Part shown: positions 38,028 to 46,958 of the stretch, in pieces
How the letters are laid out: every line of letters starts with the position of its first letter
How positions within the stretch are numbered: position 1 is the first letter of the stretch
NCBI GenBank assembly: GCA_050486205.1
Contig: JBJHCW010000008.1
Coordinates: 5,219-69,218, forward strand
Direction of reading: 5' to 3'
Length of the DNA: 64,000 bases
From: Gammaproteobacteria bacterium
GTDB taxonomy: Bacteria > Pseudomonadota > Gammaproteobacteria > Pseudomonadales > Pseudohongiellaceae
Made by a program: the position numbers and the translations under genes
The notes under the pieces: generated by a model
What the model was told of the DNA's origin: nothing
Seen by the model: only the letters and a program-made list of their open reading frames with translations
Databases searched by the model: none

Positions 38028-38809
38028 CAGTCTTCCAGCCGCATGAAACGCTGAAGACTGCCTTCGGCCTGCAGGCGATGAAAGTGCTCCAGGTCCTGCG
38101 CTGTATCCACCTCCAGCCAACCATTGTCGGTGAAGGCGGCGCGCGCCTCCCAGCCAGCGTCGATCAGATACTGCAGAAAGCTGGTCATGTACATATTGTC
38201 GAAATCCTTGCCGTCATACTGCGCCTGCCTGTCCATTGCGTGGTATACCTGGCGCAGTGCCGCCACCTTGTCAGCACGCACTTTCAGCAGCCCCATATAC
38301 TGGCCCTGGATGTCCTCGTAGCCACGGGGCTTCTGGCCCAGCTCCACAATACGCGAGCCGTCCTGAAGCCTGAGTGTTTCCGCATCACTCAATGGGTCGT
38401 CCATGCGCGCCTGCCAGAAACTGCGCCACTGTCGGTCAACAGCAATACACAGCGGGGCCTGGCATTGCAGCACAGCCTGCAGCACGCGCGGTTCATAGAT
38501 GATGTCGGCGTAGCTGATCAGCAGGTCCTGCTCATCATCCATCCACGACTCGGCGCAGAACAGTGTGCTGACCATATTGGTCTCGGCGTATCGCGGGTTC
38601 AGTACCAGCTGCGCATCCTGAAGCTCGAGCCTGTCGCTACGGTAACCACCGACCACCACAGTATCTGTGATACCTGCTGCTTTTATGGTATCCAGCTGTC
38701 GATGAAGCAATGGCACGCCGTGCAGCGCCACCATGCACTTTGGCCTGTCGTTGGTATAGGGACGCAGTCGACTGCCCTGTCCGGCCGCAAGTATGATTAC
38801 GCGCATCAT
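38027..38809 (-). CDS. LicC/Cj1416-type nucleotidyl(cytidylyl)transferase
   Basis: 260-aa ORF with the G-loop ILAAGQGSRLRPYTNDRPKCMV, LLISYADIIY and NMYMTSFLQ. Its ATG overlaps the upstream stop (ATGA 38806-38809). Confidence 0.8.
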   Translation of the reverse strand: MMRVIILAAGQGSRLRPYTNDRPKCMVALHGVPLLHRQLDTIKAAGITDTVVVGGYRSDRLELQDAQLVLNPRYAETNMVSTLFCAESWMDDEQDLLISYADIIYEPRVLQAVLQCQAPLCIAVDRQWRSFWQARMDDPLSDAETLRLQDGSRIVELGQKPRGYEDIQGQYMGLLKVRADKVAALRQVYHAMDRQAQYDGKDFDNMYMTSFLQYLIDAGWEARAAFTDNGWLEVDTAQDLEHFHRLQAEGSLQRFMRLED

Positions 38810-39441
38810 GCGCTCCTGAACAAGGTATCCATCAAGGTGATATCATTTTTATGAAATGGCAGTTCGCGCTCCGGATGCCACATGATGCCAACCCAGGGCA
38901 GATCACTGTGGCTGACGGCTTCCACACTGCTATCGTGGGAGGCTTGTGCACAAATCGTCAACTCCCCGGCAATATCCTGCGCCAACATGCCAAGATTGTG
39001 GTAGCTGTTGACTTCGCGGTGGTTCATGAACAGTGTGTCGCCGGCACGCACCTGCAAGACATGGCGCGTCGCCACATGCCCGCCCAGCTCACGCAGCGAG
39101 CCACCCAGCACACAATTCATCAGCTGCATGCCCCGGCAGACACCCAGCACCGGCAGGCTGCGGCTACGCGCCCATTGCAACAGCAACTGTTCAGTGGCAT
39201 CACGCTCAGGCGCAGGATTCTTCGGGTCCGGCAGATCCGCCAGATCGTTGCCACCACTGAGAATCAGACCTGACACCTGCTGCCGCTCAATCCATGGCAA
39301 CACCCGTTTCAGGTCATTGGGCACCGGCACAACATCAAAACCTGCGGTCTCCAGCAGTACCGACCACTGCTGATCCAGGCAATCACGGCGTTCGCCGTAG
39401 TCGGGCACAAGTTCCACGCGTTGGGTGATGGCTATTTTCAT
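38806..39441 (-). CDS. class I glutamine amidotransferase-like / peptidase C26 gamma-glutamyl hydrolase
   Basis: About 211-aa ORF with nucleophile elbow VLGVCRGMQLMN and GIMWHPE histidine. The start (ATG 39441 or GTG 39444) overlaps the upstream stop. Confidence 0.8.
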   Translation of the reverse strand: MKIAITQRVELVPDYGERRDCLDQQWSVLLETAGFDVVPVPNDLKRVLPWIERQQVSGLILSGGNDLADLPDPKNPAPERDATEQLLLQWARSRSLPVLGVCRGMQLMNCVLGGSLRELGGHVATRHVLQVRAGDTLFMNHREVNSYHNLGMLAQDIAGELTICAQASHDSSVEAVSHSDLPWVGIMWHPERELPFHKNDITLMDTLFRSA

Positions 39442-42400
39442 CACAGGCTCCCCAGTATTCGCCGGTTGACCGGATCCAGCACCAGCGTTGAGGCGCCGCT
39501 GAGCTGCGCGTAACGCGCCTCGCCCACCCCAATGGCCGCTGGCAGGCCAAACTCGGCCGCACGAATTGCCATATGTGAATTGGCGCCGCCGTACATCGTG
39601 ACCAGCCCCGCAATGCCCTGGCCGAACAACCAGTCGTAACCGGGGTCAGCCTGGGGCACCAGCACAATACAGCCGCGGGTCTGCTGATGTGTTGCTGCCG
39701 GATCCAGCTCGATGCACGGCGCGGTAACCGGTGTTGCGCCTACAAAATTCGGTTGGGCCGCCGGATAACGGAATACCGCAAAGTCCGACGCCGCGCTGAT
39801 CAACGGCGGCAATTCAATGGCTCGTGCCTGATGACGCCAGTGTGCACCTTCGCGCGCCCGCACGGCAAGCCAGGCCGCCGTGTCACCGGTGGCAGCACTG
39901 CCGCTGGCAACGGCAAAAATGTCTTCAATGGCAATATTGGACAGCGCTTCCCTGTCCAGTCCCTGCTGCTGACCCCACTGGGCCAGCAACTCAAGCGCCA
40001 TGGAAAGGTTACGGGTAAACAGGAACTTGGCGTATTCGCGACCCTCAATGGCCGTGCGCATGAACTGCTCCACCGCCGCGCCTGCCTGTTTCTCACACAA
40101 ACCGGCCGCTTGCATGGCCTGCGTGAAATCGTTTCGTGCAGCGGCCCATACCTTGCCGGCTGTGCCGCCCTGCCCGGTCGGTTCGGTGGATGCAGCGGCA
40201 ACCACCGGCGCCAGATAACGCTGCGGATCGCTGGCATAACAGTCCGCCGTGATGTCATAGGTACCGGGGCGCAGATGCCCATAACGTTGCACAAATGCCT
40301 GCCATGACAACTCACCGCTGGCGCACAGGCGTGCATCGTCGGAGAGGCGATGGCTCACGGTGCGGATGCCGGCCATGAAATCGTCCATGGCAGCGCTGCT
40401 GATCACGTTCTGCGCCACGGCCGAACGCAGCAGGGCAGCGGCGATGAAGCCGCTGCGCGCCAGGTGGGCAAAAGGCAATACCCCGTGCTCACGCGCGTCA
40501 GCCAGCAACAGCCTCACCCGTTCCAGCGCCGGTGTATCGGCATTGAGGCATTCATCGAAGCGCCGCGTCAGTGTATGGGTGCGGTCAAGATCCTGTTGCG
40601 GGCGCTTCAGGGCGTTTCGGGTAATGTTGAGCAATGAGTGGTGCAGGGTGTCGATCTCTGACGGTGAAAACCCACCCTGGGTCAGGCGCTGGCGCCAGCG
40701 ATCAAAGTCCAGCGCCACGCAGGTGGGCACCACGTCAAATTCCACCTTGTCGTGCAAGGTCGGATTGGCCAGCAACCAGTCAAGACAGAAATCCACCAGC
40801 CTGCCAGCAAGCCCGGCATCAATGTCTGCCGGTACAAAAGAGTTAAAGCTGGCACGCACATCCACATAGGGGTGACCGGCGAAGCTGCGCAGCAGAGGCG
40901 TGGGGCGCAGATCGCGATAGCCGTATTCTGCCCGCTGCCTGGCCCAGCTGTCGTCGGTGACCAGGTAACGATACAGACTGAGGGCCAGGCGTCCTGGTCG
41001 GGTACCGATGATTTCTGCCGGATTCCAGTCCGGCATCAGACCAAACACCGCACGCTGGCCCAGCACCGGAAAGAGTGGCCGCTGAAGGTCATGAAACTGC
41101 TGTTCGGCCTGGTGCAACCATGAGTGGGTATCCGGTTCACTGACGCTCAGTGCGGCGTGATCCACTGCAATCGGGCGCACCTGCAGGATGTGAACCTGCG
41201 ACCGGGCAGCAATGGCAAACTCCACGTCCAGTGAATCGTAGTCAAGCAGGGTCTCGATTTCCTGCAGTGCCGGCACCAGCGGTGCAATCGCCGCAGGTAA
41301 CTGCGCGGCGATCTGCCCGATCCGGTCTCGCCGAATGTACACGGTCTCTTGTTCACCACGCTGACCACTGGTCACCGAACTGGTGCTGCCACTCACGGCG
41401 TCATAATTGATCACGTACCAGGGCGCGCCGTAATCCAGCGTGCGGGTGAACGCCACACCACTGACCTGCACATCGGCCACCATGGGCTGCACCAGCACCT
41501 GGTTGTCTGCATGGCCATCGGGATAGGAGGCAATGACACGATCCACGGCATCGGACACGGCGGCCCGATCCGCAGCAGGCACATCCAGCACAGATGTGTA
41601 GGCGCCGGCATTGGTGCTGGAAAATCCATCCTCGCTGAGCGCGCTGCTGCGCACCACAAGCCGGTGACTGTTGAAGGTCGCCTGCACGGCGTCCAGGGTG
41701 TCTGCCCTGGACGTTTGCCAGTCTGCCACCGTAAAGGCAATCTGATCTTCAATACGGCTCTGGCTCACCAGACCCTGCAGTCGCTGAAGTGTCTGCGCTT
41801 TGGTGCCGAGAATGAAATGGGCAAGGTCCTGGGGTTCATTCAACTCTGCCCAGTCACCTGCAAGGTCCACAGCGCCAACACTGAAACCCTGCATGCGCAA
41901 CCACTCAATCAGCGGCGACAGCTTTGCGCTGCCAAAGCGTTCGGCAACAGTGGCACGGTGTTCGCGCAGATATTTCACAACCGGTGTGGAGAAATGTACC
42001 AGGCCAACAAACTCCGCATTGGCCAGTGTCGGGTCGAGTTCGGCGCCCAGGCGGGTCACAGTGCCATGCGTCACATGTACCTTCTCACAGCGTCGGATGT
42101 CCTGCTCACTTCGCCCGGCGTATCGGCTGCGCCATTGACCGTCCACGGCAATGCTGATGTCAGCACGCGGCGCCAACAGTCGCGTCACCGCCTCACGATG
42201 GAACACAATATCGGCGTAGCACACGATGGCCGGCTGCGCGAGTGCGCGTGTGCTGGCGCCAGTGTCCGCACCATCATCAGCAAAAAGCGGAGCCATCAGC
42301 AGTGATGCGGCCGCGCCGGTATCGAGCCAGTGCTCGTTATCGGTGTAACGCAGTTGCGGGTATTGCGCCTTCACCGCTTCGCCGGCGTAACCGCAGACAA

Positions 42401-42614
42401 AATCCACCTGCCGCGCAAAGTCACTGACCGCAGCCAGCAACCAGTCCAGCACACGCTCTTTTCCATGGGCACTGGCAGCCTCGTCAATGGCGCTGCCGGG
42501 CGAATCGTCCTGGGGCGCATCCTGCAGCACACTGGGCGCCTCCCCGCGAAACGGGGGTCCGGCGCCCAGAATAATGACGGTCCGTTCTGTCAAGGCAATC
42601 CGATCAGTCAACAT
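39441..42614 (-). CDS. PEP-utilising-enzyme-family kinase (ATP-grasp PPDK_N plus C-terminal swivel-His domain) with N-terminal degenerate nucleotidyltransferase domain
   Basis: 1057 aa from ATG 42614. It has LVVRSSALSEDG (ATP-grasp) and the extreme C-terminal GGANSHMAIRAAEFGLPAAIGV (phosphohistidine swivel), with no TIM-barrel PEP domain. The N-terminal 290 aa are paralogous to the neighbouring cytidylyltransferase. Confidence 0.8.
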   Translation of the reverse strand: MLTDRIALTERTVIILGAGPPFRGEAPSVLQDAPQDDSPGSAIDEAASAHGKERVLDWLLAAVSDFARQVDFVCGYAGEAVKAQYPQLRYTDNEHWLDTGAAASLLMAPLFADDGADTGASTRALAQPAIVCYADIVFHREAVTRLLAPRADISIAVDGQWRSRYAGRSEQDIRRCEKVHVTHGTVTRLGAELDPTLANAEFVGLVHFSTPVVKYLREHRATVAERFGSAKLSPLIEWLRMQGFSVGAVDLAGDWAELNEPQDLAHFILGTKAQTLQRLQGLVSQSRIEDQIAFTVADWQTSRADTLDAVQATFNSHRLVVRSSALSEDGFSSTNAGAYTSVLDVPAADRAAVSDAVDRVIASYPDGHADNQVLVQPMVADVQVSGVAFTRTLDYGAPWYVINYDAVSGSTSSVTSGQRGEQETVYIRRDRIGQIAAQLPAAIAPLVPALQEIETLLDYDSLDVEFAIAARSQVHILQVRPIAVDHAALSVSEPDTHSWLHQAEQQFHDLQRPLFPVLGQRAVFGLMPDWNPAEIIGTRPGRLALSLYRYLVTDDSWARQRAEYGYRDLRPTPLLRSFAGHPYVDVRASFNSFVPADIDAGLAGRLVDFCLDWLLANPTLHDKVEFDVVPTCVALDFDRWRQRLTQGGFSPSEIDTLHHSLLNITRNALKRPQQDLDRTHTLTRRFDECLNADTPALERVRLLLADAREHGVLPFAHLARSGFIAAALLRSAVAQNVISSAAMDDFMAGIRTVSHRLSDDARLCASGELSWQAFVQRYGHLRPGTYDITADCYASDPQRYLAPVVAAASTEPTGQGGTAGKVWAAARNDFTQAMQAAGLCEKQAGAAVEQFMRTAIEGREYAKFLFTRNLSMALELLAQWGQQQGLDREALSNIAIEDIFAVASGSAATGDTAAWLAVRAREGAHWRHQARAIELPPLISAASDFAVFRYPAAQPNFVGATPVTAPCIELDPAATHQQTRGCIVLVPQADPGYDWLFGQGIAGLVTMYGGANSHMAIRAAEFGLPAAIGVGEARYAQLSGASTLVLDPVNRRILGSL

Positions 42615-45348
42615 AGTCGATGACCATCTCGTCGGCGCGCAGGCCGAGGCTGCGTGTGTCAGGCGACATACCCAGGTCAGCCGGGGCCAGCGGATCACTG
42701 ATGTTCAGTTGCACGCGCAGCACGTCCTGTCCTTCAATGACCCGGGCCGGCAACAACGCCTGATACCAGTCGGATTCACTGAGCTGCCATTGATCGATTT
42801 CATTGTCATTGACATAAAGTGTGACCTGCTGCTGTGCGAGTACGTCATCCCCCAGAAAAGGCCGGGCAAGCAGGCGCAGTGCCATATCACGCCCCGCGGC
42901 AACAGGTTCGTCCAGTGCAATCTCCAGTACAGCAATTTCGCCGTCGGTCCAGCGATGTGTCGGTTCGGCCAGCGCCCAACCCTCACGTACAAACCGGTCA
43001 GCCTGTGCGCCTTCGGCGAACAGCAGGCTGTCACCGGGTGTATAGAGCGGCAGCGGCTCCAGACGTAGCTGATGCAGGAAGATGCCAAGACGCCTGTCAT
43101 CGGTGCCAGCAAGGTGTTCCACCTGAGACACGGCATCGGGCAACTCCAGCACCACATTCAGACTGCTGGCATTGCCACGAATTGCCTCACTGATCTCCAG
43201 TTCATACCAGCGCGACTCACTGACCACCCAGTCTGCAACGTGCTCACCGTCAATGCGGACATGCACGCGTTGCGCATCCACAATATCATCAATCAGAAAA
43301 GGCGCCAGTTGCATTGATATTGTGAACCGCCCCTCCACTGACTCGGCCAGCGGCAGGTTGATGATGGCGCGGCGGCCATCACTCCAGAAACCGTCACGCT
43401 CCTGCCCACTCCAGCCTGACCCCAACACCTCATGGCCGGGGCTGCCGTCATGGAATCGCAACAGCTGCCCTTCTGCCAACGGCTGGAGCCGGGCGGCCTG
43501 TGTCGGCTCTGCCACAGCCTCGCCCACCAACTGCTCCCCACTTGCCTGCCAGGACTGTGGCAGCCAGCTGTGACCCAGCACCCGGTACTCGGTCATTGCC
43601 GGCAGGTAGTCATCGGTCCAGCCGTCGAACCGGTATTGCAGGTAACGACGTTCGCGCGCCTCACTGTTGCTATAGGGCCAGTTGTCACTGAAAAGGTCAT
43701 GACCATCAAGTGCTGCCGAAGAATCCACCGTGGCCATCAGGGTGGCGGCCAGATCCGCCACCGACGCCGGCCGCTCACTGATCTGCAGCTCACCCGTGGC
43801 CCCGGGCGGCTTGAGCAGCATCAGCGCCAGTCCGGACTCATGATGACTGGATGGCAGCCGGAGCTGTTGTGGCTCGCCCAGATCCGGTGGCAGCGTTGTG
43901 GCGTTTACACCCACACCGTACTCACCACCGCCGTGCTCTGACACGATGGCAATAAAACTGTTGTTGTACACATTCAAGGCGCGTAGTTGGTCCAGAAACC
44001 GGCGCATGAGATTCAGGCTCGCCACCGAGTGCCGATAGAATCCCTCGCGGTCTATTGACATGTTTTCCATTTCCAGCGCCTCATTGAGCAGGAACGGCGC
44101 GTGGGGCACAAACAGGTGATAGAAACGAAAAGTGGGCGCACTGGCACCAACCGAGGACAAGGCCTCCATATCTTCCAGCCAACGCATACTGTCATGGGGA
44201 TGGTCGCTACGCGGGAGGTTACGCGGGAGATTGTTGCCGGCAGCAGGCCCGGCACTGTCATCACCCAGCGGCAGTTGTGTCACCCAACGGCGGGCGCGCC
44301 ATTCATGATCATTGAGCCAACGTGGTTTCAGGAAATGAGGAATGACCCTGAACAACCCCACATCCACAAATTCACCGAACGCCGCCATGCGATCGGACTC
44401 GCTGCGATCACGGACAAAATTGCTGGCCACACGCTCGTCAAAGTGGAAAGTGCGCGGAAACAACGGATGCAGGCCCACATCCCAGCCCTGGGCGAGCAGG
44501 CGCTGCGGCACCGAGCCGTCCAGATACGCGCGGCGCATGAACGACAACATGGGTTCGGTGTTCTCGTACCACTGACCGGACAACATCAGGGGAATGGAAG
44601 GGTAGGTCTTGGCATAACCGGCCAGTGTATCGCGGAACCAGGTGAAACCCTGGAAATCCTGACGGTACGCCGGCTCATTGCTGATGATTTCACCCAGCAC
44701 ATCAGACTGAAAGGCATCCAGCACCACCACGATGATGTTGCTGTCCTCCGAGTAAGTGAACTGCTCATCATCCAGCGCTGTGTAAAAGTGATGGCTTGGT
44801 GGCTGGGGCGCCTGCCGAACGGTGAAGGTCAGTCCGGCGGCCTGCACGGCCAGTAGTGCCACACACAGGGTCACGGCGTTGGCAGCAATGGCGGCGGAGA
44901 AACGCCAGGCTACAAGCATGGCGGAAAACCACACCACCAATTCGAACACGCCGTGCCAGGTGTAGTCCCGCCAGTTGATGGCACCGCCATCCAGCACACC
45001 ATAATCCTGCACCAGCAGGTTGGCCTGCAACCAGGCCGCCAGTGCAAGCATGACCAGTGTGCTGAGGGCCAGCGTACGCCATCGGGCAGCAAGTGTGTGG
45101 TTCACCAGCATGCTGGCAGCCAGGGCCAGCAAGAACAGCAGGGCGCTGAGCAGCACAACAAGCACTGCCGCAGGTGCGATCAGATCAGCCCAGGCCACAC
45201 TGAAGTCATGCACATTGCCGAAATACACGGTCAATGCCGGAAACAGCACGGCGGTGAGGACAACAGTGACCGAAGCCAGCAACATTGGCCCCGGCAACAG
45301 GGCTGCCATCCGGGTTCTGCCCGGGGATCTGTGTAATTGCTTCGGCAT
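42604..45348 (-). CDS. LtaS/sulfatase-family (alkaline-phosphatase superfamily) membrane phosphotransferase with duplicated C-terminal beta-rich domain
   Basis: It has about 5 N-terminal TM segments and a sulfatase core beginning NIIVVVLDAFQSD. Two homologous C-terminal modules of about 125 aa follow. ATG 45348 is preceded by GGGAG (the ORF-track GTG is at 45363). Confidence 0.75.
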   Translation of the reverse strand: MPKQLHRSPGRTRMAALLPGPMLLASVTVVLTAVLFPALTVYFGNVHDFSVAWADLIAPAAVLVVLLSALLFLLALAASMLVNHTLAARWRTLALSTLVMLALAAWLQANLLVQDYGVLDGGAINWRDYTWHGVFELVVWFSAMLVAWRFSAAIAANAVTLCVALLAVQAAGLTFTVRQAPQPPSHHFYTALDDEQFTYSEDSNIIVVVLDAFQSDVLGEIISNEPAYRQDFQGFTWFRDTLAGYAKTYPSIPLMLSGQWYENTEPMLSFMRRAYLDGSVPQRLLAQGWDVGLHPLFPRTFHFDERVASNFVRDRSESDRMAAFGEFVDVGLFRVIPHFLKPRWLNDHEWRARRWVTQLPLGDDSAGPAAGNNLPRNLPRSDHPHDSMRWLEDMEALSSVGASAPTFRFYHLFVPHAPFLLNEALEMENMSIDREGFYRHSVASLNLMRRFLDQLRALNVYNNSFIAIVSEHGGGEYGVGVNATTLPPDLGEPQQLRLPSSHHESGLALMLLKPPGATGELQISERPASVADLAATLMATVDSSAALDGHDLFSDNWPYSNSEARERRYLQYRFDGWTDDYLPAMTEYRVLGHSWLPQSWQASGEQLVGEAVAEPTQAARLQPLAEGQLLRFHDGSPGHEVLGSGWSGQERDGFWSDGRRAIINLPLAESVEGRFTISMQLAPFLIDDIVDAQRVHVRIDGEHVADWVVSESRWYELEISEAIRGNASSLNVVLELPDAVSQVEHLAGTDDRRLGIFLHQLRLEPLPLYTPGDSLLFAEGAQADRFVREGWALAEPTHRWTDGEIAVLEIALDEPVAAGRDMALRLLARPFLGDDVLAQQQVTLYVNDNEIDQWQLSESDWYQALLPARVIEGQDVLRVQLNISDPLAPADLGMSPDTRSLGLRADEMVIDYVD

Positions 45349-45428
45349 GGAGCTCCCTTTCACCGATCATGTCGTCCGAGATGACGGCCCAATGATACAG
45401 GAATTGGATCGGTGCCACATTGGCGGGT

Positions 45429-46958
45429 TCAATCGGGCTTCACAATCAGATTCACAGCTGTGGCGTGAAAATACAGCTCGTCCGGATTGCTGTACACACC
45501 ATAACCGAAGTAGAAATCCACTTCTATCTGCTCGATGCCTATGTCCCGGGCAACCATCTGGGTGAGCACGTCAATGTGCTCCACGGCGCCCAGCACGCGT
45601 TGCTCGTTCACCGGCACAAGCTGCACCTCGGGCTGGTACTCAACAAACTCGCCTGCGGCGTTCTTGATCAGGGTTTCACCCGCATCGGTAATGCCGGCAA
45701 TCACAATGTAGCCCGACTGGCCCTGATGGGCCGGGTCTATTTCTATACGCCCCCGCACATCAAAGGCCTGATCGGCACGCACCCGGTTGTGATAGGTCTG
45801 CCCGCCATCGGTGGTCACACCACCAAAAAAGCGCGCCTGCGACTCACCACCCTGGAAACTTTCCCGGCCGGGCAGCGTCAGCAGCTCCGGGCTCTGGTAG
45901 GTCATTGCCAGGCGATAATCACCCGTTCCCGTGCTGGAGCGGCGGCACGGCGGGTTGCTGCTGTAGGTATTGGCCAGCAACAGGTATTCACCCGCCTGAA
46001 GGTTCATGGTGATACGGGGATTACAGTTGCCCGCACTGTTTTCATCCAGGGCAATGATGTTGAGCCCGGGTTCGGTCAGCAGCAGCACACCGTCAAGTGA
46101 CATTGCCGCGTCCATCTCAACAGTCACCTGCAGATCATCGGCCAGATTCAGGCGGTAGACATCAACCAGGCTGGTGTCGGTGCCGCCGACCATGATCTGC
46201 TGCACCCGACAGGCACCCGGTTGCAGGGCGCCATCCGTCAGACCAAAACCAAGGGGCCGGTTCTCACAGTTGAATTCACCGGTATACAGTGTATCTGCCC
46301 CGGCAATATCATCATCCTGCAGGCGGAAAATGTTCCCGACACGCGAGGCCATGATGGCCGGTATGCCCGGGCCGTCCTCATGCCCCAGGCCAATGACGTG
46401 GCCGAGTTCGTGCAATGCAACCCGGCGGAAATCATATTCACGCGTAGCGTTCGGACCCGGGCGCAGCGGCCCATCGTAGACATCAAAGTTCACATTGGCG
46501 TTAAAAATCACATCCGATTCAACGATATCGACCGAACCCAGTATGTTGGCTTCACTGGAGGTGATGGTGACCGCCAGCGTGCTGCTGTTGAAGGCGTCAC
46601 CACAGACAGTGCTGGCGAAGTCAAACCCGTTTGCCCCGTCACCACCACCGCCGACAAAATTGTTGTTGCCGGTGGGGAAGTAACCAATACAGGGATTGCG
46701 GTAAGCCGGCGAGATGATGAATTCAAACGCCGTGCTGTCGGTCCACTCCTGCGCGGCATCGGCCAGCGCCGTGGACCAGGCAATGCCGCTGGGTGAAACC
46801 CCCGGCATGCCCACGTGAATGGTGGCCCTGGCGCCTGGCCATTTGGTGCCCAGGGCACTGATGTCAAAGGCCAGTGCCTTGAAGGCCAACGGCGCGCCGA
46901 GCGTGGCAAGCAATGCGGCTGCGCCCAGGCGGCGGCCTATGGTTGATACCCCGCTCAT
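45429..46958 (-). CDS. secreted metzincin-type zinc metalloprotease with pre-peptidase C-terminal-like domain
   Basis: 509-aa ORF with a signal peptide, zinc motif HELGHVIGLGHE followed by a Met-turn (PAIMAS), and a PPC-like segment (VDVYRLNL...LQAGEYLLLANTYS). Its ATG overlaps the upstream stop (ATGA). Confidence 0.78.
   Translation of the reverse strand: MSGVSTIGRRLGAAALLATLGAPLAFKALAFDISALGTKWPGARATIHVGMPGVSPSGIAWSTALADAAQEWTDSTAFEFIISPAYRNPCIGYFPTGNNNFVGGGGDGANGFDFASTVCGDAFNSSTLAVTITSSEANILGSVDIVESDVIFNANVNFDVYDGPLRPGPNATREYDFRRVALHELGHVIGLGHEDGPGIPAIMASRVGNIFRLQDDDIAGADTLYTGEFNCENRPLGFGLTDGALQPGACRVQQIMVGGTDTSLVDVYRLNLADDLQVTVEMDAAMSLDGVLLLTEPGLNIIALDENSAGNCNPRITMNLQAGEYLLLANTYSSNPPCRRSSTGTGDYRLAMTYQSPELLTLPGRESFQGGESQARFFGGVTTDGGQTYHNRVRADQAFDVRGRIEIDPAHQGQSGYIVIAGITDAGETLIKNAAGEFVEYQPEVQLVPVNEQRVLGAVEHIDVLTQMVARDIGIEQIEVDFYFGYGVYSNPDELYFHATAVNLIVKPD

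Noticed and set aside
39441-42614. Phosphoenolpyruvate synthase or pyruvate phosphate dikinase
   Set aside because: The swivel-His domain is at the extreme C-terminus and no PEP/pyruvate TIM-barrel domain follows. Gene context is glycan modification, not gluconeogenesis. A rifampicin-phosphotransferase-like role is less likely given the coupled C26 hydrolase and cytidylyltransferase, but it cannot be excluded without alignment.
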